Shown here: positions 1-6,764 of the stretch, in pieces | Layout of the letters: every line of letters starts with the position of its first letter | Position numbering within the stretch: position 1 is the first letter of the stretch | NCBI GenBank assembly: GCA_044230345.1 | Contig: JBGARF010000040.1 | Span: 409-64,408 of the forward strand | Origin: Limisphaerales bacterium | GTDB taxonomy: Bacteria > Verrucomicrobiota > Verrucomicrobiia > Limisphaerales > JADJPG01 | Direction of reading: 5' to 3' | DNA length: 64,000 nucleotides | The notes under the pieces: generated by a model | Database searches by the model: none | The model's input: the letters and a program-made list of their open reading frames with translations, nothing else | What the model was told of the DNA's origin: nothing | Position numbers and translations under genes: made by a program

Positions 1-1155
1 AAGCAGCAGTTCAAACTATACCGGCGCAGCAACGGTCGCTACTACGCCGAGAACACCACGACCGGAAAACAATCGTCACTCGGAACTCGCGACAAGGCCG
101 AAGCCCATCGGCTGTTGCACGCCCGGAACGAAGCGGCTTACCAACCCGCGTTCAACAAACAAATGGCCAAGACATATTTGGCCGCTGGCGATCCCCGCGC
201 CAACACGCGCACCTGGCAGGATGTCATGGGCTACCTGCTGCAATCCAAAGAAGGTCGCAGCCAGAAGACCCGCGAACGCTACGAGAGTGCCATCAAAGAC
301 CCGGGGTTCGATTCCATTCGCAATCTCCCGCTCATCCACACGACAGCAGAGACGCTCTACAAAGTTTTGAAGGACTCCGGCAAGCCCTGCACGAACATGT
401 TCCTGCACCGCTTTCACAGCTTCGCGCTCAAGCTGGGTTGGCTGGCCTGGCCGATCATCGGTTACAACCAATGGCCCAAGCTCCGTTTCAAAGAACGGCG
501 GGGTGTAACGCTGGAAGAACATCAGTTGTTGGTTGATGCGGAAAAGAATGTTGAACGTCGCGCTTTCCTTGAGCTGCTCTGGCATGTCGGCGCGGCCCAG
601 TTTGACCTCGTGAGCTTCAAGGCCGAGGACGTGGACTGGAGTTCACGCACTCTCAGTTACAATCGCCAGAAGACCGGACGCCTTTGCACATTGCGCTTTG
701 GCGATGAAGTGGCGGAGATTCTCAAACGGTTGCCCACCAGCGGGCCGCTGTTTCCGAAGTATTCAACGCTTTCGTCCGCTGACCGCGCGACGCGATTTGC
801 CGAGCGGGTGGAGCGGCTGGGGATTAGGAAGCGCAGTGAGCAAGCTGGGATTCCATCCATCTGCTTGCACTCTTACCGCTACTCGTGGGCCGAACGCGCT
901 CGCGCGGCGGGCTATCCCGAACGCTACGCGCAGGAAACGCTGGGACACCAAAGTTCCACTTTCGCCCGCTTTTACGCCAAACGCGCGCAGGTGGAGTTGC
1001 CGCCACTGGAGCAATACGAGAAACGGCCCACGCCGGGAGCACCGCAGCCGACCGTTATTGTGCTGCCATCACCCGTTGCGACGGGAACTGCCACGGCTGT
1101 CGTCGAAAACAACCCAGCCAGGCCAACAGCGGTCGCAATGCAGGAGGTGGTATGA
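1..1155 (+). CDS. Tyrosine recombinase/integrase (start codon upstream of the window)
   Basis: Frame 1 is open from base 1 (KQQFKLYRRSNGRYY...). Motifs RQKTG, HSYR, LGH and FYAK match the K, HxxR, H and Y catalytic positions. Confidence 0.9.
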   Translation, partial: KQQFKLYRRSNGRYYAENTTTGKQSSLGTRDKAEAHRLLHARNEAAYQPAFNKQMAKTYLAAGDPRANTRTWQDVMGYLLQSKEGRSQKTRERYESAIKDPGFDSIRNLPLIHTTAETLYKVLKDSGKPCTNMFLHRFHSFALKLGWLAWPIIGYNQWPKLRFKERRGVTLEEHQLLVDAEKNVERRAFLELLWHVGAAQFDLVSFKAEDVDWSSRTLSYNRQKTGRLCTLRFGDEVAEILKRLPTSGPLFPKYSTLSSADRATRFAERVERLGIRKRSEQAGIPSICLHSYRYSWAERARAAGYPERYAQETLGHQSSTFARFYAKRAQVELPPLEQYEKRPTPGAPQPTVIVLPSPVATGTATAVVENNPARPTAVAMQEVV

Positions 1156-1454
1156 ACGCGCATCCGGTTCAAATGCTGGCCCCGGTGTACAAGTTTCTCG
1201 ACAGCTTGATTGCCGAGCATGGCCACCACCTCTACATGGCGCTGGTGTATGCCGCGCTCCCGCTCATCGCGTGGATTCTGAGCGGTGGTCTGCGACGGAA
1301 AACAACGCGACGAGAAACCGGCACGATCCTCCCGATTATCGTGGTCCGTCCGCCAGTGACGCCGCCACCGCTGCTGCCCGTGATAAGCGATGATCCGAAG
1401 CGAGGGCTGCGTCCGTCGGATGACGATGAAAACAGTTCCTCGTTCTCCGCCTGA
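1152..1454 (+). CDS. Small hypothetical membrane protein (100 aa)
   Basis: ATGA overlap with the integrase stop, GGAGG just upstream, hydrophobic segment LYMALVYAALPLIAWIL and a Pro-rich tail. Confidence 0.65.
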   Translation: MNAHPVQMLAPVYKFLDSLIAEHGHHLYMALVYAALPLIAWILSGGLRRKTTRRETGTILPIIVVRPPVTPPPLLPVISDDPKRGLRPSDDDENSSSFSA

Positions 1455-1593
1455 GATGGCCTCTGTCCGCGCCCGGCGATTCGAGCGCGGACAGTTTCAA
1501 TCTCTCCGGCAACACTTGAAAAGGGCTGCGCTTGTTCGCTTGGAACCAGCGCGAGGGTTGGGCAACTTCATCATCATCACAAGAGGACAGAAC

Positions 1594-2256
1594 ATGACTG
1601 CGGCTGGAGCGAAACAACAAAGACGTGGAGGCATTCGTCCGTCCGGATCACGGCCCGTGGACGAAAACAGAAGACGCATTGTTGGGCCGATACACCGACC
1701 GCGAAGTGGCGCGGCGGCTGAGCCGGTCGGTTCACGCTGTCCAATGGCGACGACAGCGGCTGAACATCCAGTCCACGAAGCCGAGTCGTCGATGGACAGA
1801 CAGGGAGATCGCGCTGCTTGGAACGGCGTGCGATTACAAAATAGCGGGCAGGCTGAAACGCGATCCCAAGGAGATATCACGCAAAAGCGGCAGGTACTGG
1901 GCATCCCCTCGGCCAAACCGTACCGTCGGTGGACACCGGAAGAAATCAAGTGACTGGGCAGAATGTCGGATGCCGATGTGGAGCGGCAGAACGGACGCAA
2001 AAGACCCACGGTTGCATTCCAGCGGAGAAAGCTTGGTCTGGCGGCATCTGGCCCCTCTAAACGTCCCTGGCCAGCGAGTGAGAAAAATCTGCTCGGCACT
2101 CTCTCGGATGCACGGCTGGCGAAAAGGCTGAAACGCTCGTTGAACGCTGTGCGATTGCGCCGGGCACAATTGCGGATCGCGATGTTTGGACGGAAACGAT
2201 TTCGGCCCCGGCGCTCGCGGCGTCGCGTGAAGCGAAGCAATGTGAGAAAGCATTAA
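1594..2256 (+). pseudogene. Disrupted tandem Myb/HTH-like repeat protein (4 x ~45 aa)
   Basis: AGAGGA then ATG 1594. Repeats R[PR]W..E..LLG...D..[VIL]A..L.R....V...R..LGI are spread over two frames (shifts at ~1657 and ~1885), with an in-frame TGA at 1951-1953. Confidence 0.75.
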
Positions 2257-2290
2257 CCGCAACTTCCCTCTGAAACAGAGTGCAGATTCC

Positions 2291-2429
2291 GCGCGTGCCT
2301 TCCTAGAAGCCCGTTCCTTGGCGAAGGGAGCGCGGTCAACGGTGGAGCCACGCCGCGAGGCATACGCAGCGGCGTGGACTACCTTGACGGCGCGACCGAG
2401 CCATACCATCAAGGGCGGAAGGCACGCGC
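2291..2429. other. Long imperfect hairpin (~140 nt)
   Basis: GCGCGTGCCTTCC (2291-2303) pairs perfectly with GGAAGGCACGCGC (2417-2429). Inner stems are GTCAA/TTGAC and CCACGCCGC/GCGGCGTGG. Confidence 0.8.
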
Positions 2430-2574
2430 CAGTCACGCCGTCGCGGGTGGCGGCGCATTGTGTGACACAAGTAGCTCGTTCGTCCCGATGTTTATGAAAC
2501 GGCCTGATGGTTCGCCGTTTTTGACGGACCAAATGGATTGAGAGCCATTGAAGTCGTTGAATCCGAGAAAGCGG

Positions 2575-2774
2575 TCGGTGCCGCTGGACGGCGCGGCGGG
2601 CGGGAATGGCGCATAGCCTTCCCGGCCCGCGCGCGACGGGAGGCGGCACGGGCCGCAGGATGAACCCCAACCGTCGCGGCGCGTGCGGTGGAGTGGCCGA
2701 GCGAAGTGAGCGAGGGCCACTCGCCCGCACGGGCCAGCGCGGATAGAGTATGACGCCCCGACAGGCGAGTTGCC
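2575..2774. repeat. Full, hairpin-containing copy of a direct repeat also present at 4380-4440
   Basis: Four colinear blocks match 4380-4440: 20/21, 23/24, 14/15 and 12/12 nt. Confidence 0.85.
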
Positions 2775-2827
2775 ACGAGTTTGCTGCGTGCTTAAGACCC
2801 GCATGGCGATCAGCCCACTGACGCAAA

Positions 2828-4129
2828 CTATGGCAATTGCCGGAGCCGATAAAACTTCCGATTCTGCTGCTCGCAGGTAGAATATCTACCCGCAACGGTT
2901 ACAATTGTTTCTTGCCACGGGCCGCTGACATCACTGGCCTCTTCTAGGACCGTTTCAAGATCGGACCACGAGAGGCTGATGCAGTCGGCCGTGAGGGTGA
3001 TGGCCAGCAGCGGTGCAAGGCGCTTCCGTTGGCCCAGCAGTTCGAGATCGAAGCTGACATCGGAACTGTCCAGAGTCACCTGATGAACTTCCACGGCCAG
3101 CGTGTTGGTTCCTTCCATCAAGAGACCGGGATCGATCTGCCCTTCAAAGAAGGTGCTTTCGTCGATGCCAAAAGTCGGTGGCTGTATGGCCAGCGTTCCA
3201 TAGTTGATGGTTCCGTCCGGCATGTGGCTGCGGAACGCCTCCCTCCCGTTAATGTAGATGACTCCACCGTCATCTCGGAGGAAACCGACGGTGAGATTGG
3301 TAAACTGTGCGGCGTTGGTGACGACGAAGGCACGACGAAAGTAGGTCGTGACAAACTTGTTGTTCAGATCTGGCCCCGGATAAATCTCCGTTGCCTCGTC
3401 ATCATCGCCGTAACCAAGCTCCGCCGCGCCCACGCTCCATCCGCGATCATCGAACGAAGGTAACCGCCAGACCGTCCCAAGGTTCTGGCCGTTATCCCGG
3501 TACCTCCAGGTCGATCCGGCTGAAATGAGCACGGTCGTCTGGCGCGGTAATGCTTGCGCGACAGTCCTTCCATTGAATGTGAGGGTCAACGGCGCATCGT
3601 CGCAGTCACGGCAAAACTGGATGTTGTAGGTATGGCCATTGGTCAGATTGAGCGTGTAGCGAATCAGCACGGTCGGCGCGTTCAAGCCGCGAAGGTTGGT
3701 ATAACGAGTAACGCTCGTGGATGGATTGACAAACGGTGGCGTGTCGAAAAATGCCTGAAACGTAACGCCGTTGTTGGTGCTGAATTCGCCGGTGATGCGC
3801 CCGGAAGTGAACAGCACCCCACGCTGAAGAATGCCCAGATGCTGGATCACGCGTCCAGGCGCGGCTTGGAAAGTGTAGGTAATCGATCCGGTCGAGGGCG
3901 CGCCAGCAGTTGGCGAGATGTACGAGCAATTGAAAAAAGAGGGCGGCTCGTGATTGAAGGAAACCCCGACATTGACCGCGTTGGTGTCCAACGCCAGAGC
4001 GGTGCGGGGGGCGTAGGTGTAGGTAAATGAGGGAGCATCAACCACGATAACCTGCGCATCGGCACGATGGCCAACGAGCGTCGCCGCCAGCAGAGCAAGG
4101 AAACTTATCTTGAATGGAAGGGCGTTCAT
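2828..4129 (-). CDS. Secreted beta-sandwich domain protein (cargo gene)
   Basis: Signal peptide MNALPFKISFLALLAATLVGHRADA. Module WRYRDNG..W....FDD..W..G.AELGYGD / DDGGVIYING / N.LAVEVHQ is common in PVC surface proteins. Ends in RKFYRL. Confidence 0.8.
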   Translation of the reverse strand: MNALPFKISFLALLAATLVGHRADAQVIVVDAPSFTYTYAPRTALALDTNAVNVGVSFNHEPPSFFNCSYISPTAGAPSTGSITYTFQAAPGRVIQHLGILQRGVLFTSGRITGEFSTNNGVTFQAFFDTPPFVNPSTSVTRYTNLRGLNAPTVLIRYTLNLTNGHTYNIQFCRDCDDAPLTLTFNGRTVAQALPRQTTVLISAGSTWRYRDNGQNLGTVWRLPSFDDRGWSVGAAELGYGDDDEATEIYPGPDLNNKFVTTYFRRAFVVTNAAQFTNLTVGFLRDDGGVIYINGREAFRSHMPDGTINYGTLAIQPPTFGIDESTFFEGQIDPGLLMEGTNTLAVEVHQVTLDSSDVSFDLELLGQRKRLAPLLAITLTADCISLSWSDLETVLEEASDVSGPWQETIVTVAGRYSTCEQQNRKFYRLRQLP

Positions 4130-4340
4130 TAACTGATTCAGGCCATAGAGAAACTCCATTTTCTCCCGAGGATGATTGAGCACTTTCTCACGCAGCCCTT
4201 AAATGTCAACGAATCTGCATCGACGCACTGATGATTGTTGAGCCTGAACCGGCAAACCAACCCGGCTGATCGTCCCGGCTCGCTCTGCCGTGATACAGAG
4301 CCGCACTGGATTCACGCCGCTTGTGGAAACAGTCGATGAG

Positions 4341-4440
4341 TCCCTCTGAAAGCGTGTTTCGCTGGTGGTTGGCAAGAGTTCGGTGCCGCTGGATGGCGCG
4401 ACGGGAGGCGACACGGGCCAGCGTGGGGAGGCGAGTTGCC
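4341..4440. repeat. Collapsed copy of the 2265-2774 non-coding block
   Basis: TCCCTCTGAAA (4341-4351) equals 2265-2275, and 4380-4440 is made of the four blocks at 2575-2774 joined without the intervening segments. Confidence 0.8.
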
Positions 4441-4455
4441 CCGGCAATAAAATCG

Positions 4456-5028
4456 TCAGCGAGGCCGGAGCTGGCCGATGGCGTAACCAGCGGCGAAGGT
4501 CGCGATCAAAAGGAGAATCACGAGCACCCAATGGCTGCGCCACGGGCGGGCCTGCAAGTCGGCGCAGAGTTGCGAGAGCCGTTTGGTGACGCACTCGAAG
4601 TCGGTGGTGGCGTCCTTCCACTTTTCCGCGCCGCCGTCCATCTCGCTGCGGATGCGTTGCGCGACTTTCTCGGATTCACCGAGATAGCCGCGCATTTCAG
4701 CGACGGCCTTGGCCGTGTTGGTGGCGTGGTCGGCCACGATGGTTCTCAATTCGCCCGCTTTCGCAGACGCAGTTTGCTCGTAGGCTTTGACGAGCGCCGT
4801 GACCTGCTGGCGTTGCTCGGCCAGTTTCAGATCAAGCAGCTTGCCCGCTTCGTTGATCGCAAGCGGGACGGTCGCCGCCGCCCGAAATTGGGCGCGGGTG
4901 AGCAACACCAGTTGCACGGGGAACGAGTTCTCCGCGCCCGCGCACCAATCGGCCAGCAGTTTGCGCAGTTGTTTGGCTTCGGCGGGCGGAGCACCGTCGC
5001 ACAAGGCATCAAAATCCGTGTCGTCCAC
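4456..5028 (-). CDS. Coiled-coil protein with C-terminal TM anchor, TraM/MobE/StbC-like by position
   Basis: Ala/Glu/Lys-rich helical body, hydrophobic C-terminus WVLVILLLIATFAAGYAIG, third gene of a tightly coupled operon. Confidence 0.6.
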   Translation of the reverse strand: MDDTDFDALCDGAPPAEAKQLRKLLADWCAGAENSFPVQLVLLTRAQFRAAATVPLAINEAGKLLDLKLAEQRQQVTALVKAYEQTASAKAGELRTIVADHATNTAKAVAEMRGYLGESEKVAQRIRSEMDGGAEKWKDATTDFECVTKRLSQLCADLQARPWRSHWVLVILLLIATFAAGYAIGQLRPR

Positions 5029-5030
5029 AA

Positions 5031-5849
5031 TTACTCTCCGAAATTAAGTCCGGGTTGATCGTCCGGTGACGAAGATTCCGTGACGGGGACAGGCTTGCTG
5101 TTGGGAATGAGTTCCGTTGGCAGCAGCAGATCGACGATGGCGTCGTATTGCCGGAACATCTTCTGCATGGCCCATTGCACTTCGCCTGCCAGCAATCGTT
5201 CCAAGTGGCCGGCTTCGATCTGCGAAACTTCCGCGAAACTGAGCGACCGTCTGGCTTTCGCCTCGGCCTTCTCGATGGCCATGAGCGTGGTCGGTGTCAC
5301 GGGCGGGAGCGTGATCGACTTCGCCCCGAACTCGATCAACTGCGCTTCCAGCGGAGAGCCTTTGAACAGGTCGCCGCGCGCCCTGGCTGGGTTGTGGACG
5401 ATGACGTAATCAACCCGGTCGCCCGCGTAGAGGAACAAACGTCCGACGTTGTTCATGCTCTCAGTTTCGTCCGTGGGAAACAGAAAGAAGGTCAGCCGGA
5501 TGTTTTGCTCGGCGCACACGTGGAGCACTTGCAGTTCATCAAGTGCGCTGAGGATGAGCGCATCAGCCTGGGCGCGCGTGTCGATGACGTGGACGGGCGC
5601 GGCGTCCTTGAGCACGCGACGGAACAGACTGAGCAGCGCGGTCTTGCTCTCCTGTTCGTTGCCGAGTTGGTAGGAGCGGACAACTTCGCGATGGCGGCTG
5701 GCGAAGGTGTGATGCCGGTCGTCGAGATCGGAGCCGTTCCATTGGACGCCCAGCCGGTCGAGCCAGGCGACGCGGAACTCGGCCTCGAAGCTCTTGCCGA
5801 GATTGCCCTTGGATTGCGGGTTCAGGTGGATACGTCGATTGGTATTCAT
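5031..5849 (-). CDS. TraL/MobD/StbB-like P-loop protein
   Basis: N-terminus IHLNPQSKGNLGKS resembles the deviant Walker A of IncP TraL (IHMVLQGKGGVGKS), followed by DLD and VIDT motifs. Confidence 0.7.
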   Translation of the reverse strand: MNTNRRIHLNPQSKGNLGKSFEAEFRVAWLDRLGVQWNGSDLDDRHHTFASRHREVVRSYQLGNEQESKTALLSLFRRVLKDAAPVHVIDTRAQADALILSALDELQVLHVCAEQNIRLTFFLFPTDETESMNNVGRLFLYAGDRVDYVIVHNPARARGDLFKGSPLEAQLIEFGAKSITLPPVTPTTLMAIEKAEAKARRSLSFAEVSQIEAGHLERLLAGEVQWAMQKMFRQYDAIVDLLLPTELIPNSKPVPVTESSSPDDQPGLNFGE

Positions 5850-6220
5850 ACGTTACTTGGATCGTTGAGTTGGATGCGGTCAGGTGGCGGTTGCCGGAAG
5901 GGACGTTCAGACGGAGTGGAAGCCTGCGGCGTTTTCCTGACGGGAACAACCACTTGCCCGACGGCAGGTTGCCGTTCCCAATGCGGACGGGCCGAGAGTT
6001 TCACGTAACGTCGGTAAAATTGATGCACGCCTTGGAACGTGATGGTGCAACCCTTCTCGGCGTGGAGAGCCTCGGCGATCTCCTTCCAAGTTCTGCGCCG
6101 CTGGCGCTGCTCGCGAATGAAATCCACGAATGTCTCCAACCGGCTGTGAAACGCGCGCCCACCGCCGGATTTGACCCGCTTGACCACCGACATGTCGCTG
6201 CTGGCTTTCGTATCCATCAC
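5846..6220 (-). CDS. Small DNA-binding protein, TraK/MobC/StbA-like
   Basis: HTH-like segment TWKEIAEALHAEKGCTITFQGVHQFYRRY and a Pro-rich tail. Stop overlaps the next ATG. Confidence 0.65.
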   Translation of the reverse strand: MMDTKASSDMSVVKRVKSGGGRAFHSRLETFVDFIREQRQRRRTWKEIAEALHAEKGCTITFQGVHQFYRRYVKLSARPHWERQPAVGQVVVPVRKTPQASTPSERPFRQPPPDRIQLNDPSNV

Positions 6221-6239
6221 ACCCCAGCCTACCGCGTGG

Positions 6240-6435
6240 GCGAGAGGTTCGGTTAGCGGGCATTGGGCGAGTTAAACGGAATGATGCCGGAGTTAAGCCG
6301 GGTAGCGATTCGAGGCAAGGCCATTGACGCGAGTTGAAAACGTCAACGCGACTCTACGGCGCGAGCGGAACCATCCGCGTGCCGAATCGAGTCGGTGGGT
6401 TCACTTACGTTGGGCTCGCGTGTGTACTTGCTGCG
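6240..6435. other. Candidate oriT/promoter region
   Basis: Directly upstream of the traK-like gene. Repeated GTTA/AGTTAA (6252, 6270, 6291) and inverted pairs CGATTCG..GCA/TGCCGAATCG and GTTGA/TCAAC. Assignment is by position only. Confidence 0.4.
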
Positions 6436-6438
6436 CCA

Positions 6439-6710
6439 GTGGTCCGTGACCACGCACGGAAGGAGGAATACTGCGTCTTGAAACTGGCCAGAGTCTTGCA
6501 CATCACGCCCGCCAACTGGAGCGCTATTTTACCGTTACCTCCGGTATCAGTCCCAAAGCCTGGTTGGATGATCTGAGAGCCGGGACACGAAGGAAGTCCT
6601 GCTTCGCGGCATGATGGTCAAGGAGGTGGCTGAAAGACCGGTCATTCAAGAATGCCACGCATTTCTCCCGTGCCTTCCGGCACCATAAAGGCTCGAACCC
6701 GCTTCAAGTG
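6439..6710 (+). pseudogene. AraC-family regulator remnant (three frameshifts, no start)
   Basis: Joining frames gives ARKEEYCVLKLARVLHIT / RQLERYFTVTSGISPKAWLDDLR / KEVLLRGMMVKEVAER / FKNATHFSRAFRHHKGSNP, the AraC double-HTH signature. Confidence 0.8.
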
Positions 6711-6764
6711 TCTCCGCGCGGCGCAAAGACAGAAGGACGCCATCCCCAAGGTGTCATTTCTGAG

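Larger units (their letters stand above)
1..6435. mobile_element. Putative integrative mobilizable element remnant (integrase, repeat protein, cargo, traKLM-like operon, oriT-like region)
   Basis: Integrase at the left edge, mobilization accessory genes at 4456-6220 and structured non-coding DNA. The right limit is set by the switch to an AraC remnant at ~6439. The left end lies outside the window and no att sites were identified. Confidence 0.6.

Noticed and set aside
1650-1955. Programmed frameshifting or stop readthrough in the repeat gene
   Set aside because: It would need two opposite shifts plus TGA readthrough without a clear slippery heptamer. Decay or sequencing error is simpler.
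2433-2895. Minus-strand ORFs across the hairpin spacer (2433-2804, 1834-2895)
   Set aside because: No motifs or RBS, and the region is better explained as structured non-coding DNA that is partly duplicated at 4341-4440.
2250-4440. Classical integron with attC sites
   Set aside because: No clean RYYYAAC...GTTRRRY boundaries on the hairpins and no recognisable IntI-specific insertion. Kept only as a looser cassette-like hypothesis.
6265-6280. CGAGTTAA as another regulon site
   Set aside because: It lacks the TNAAC half and fits better with the local GTTA repeats of the oriT-like region. Core-only AACGAGTT matches inside CDSs (e.g. ~14052, ~24978, ~38935) also lack the flanks.
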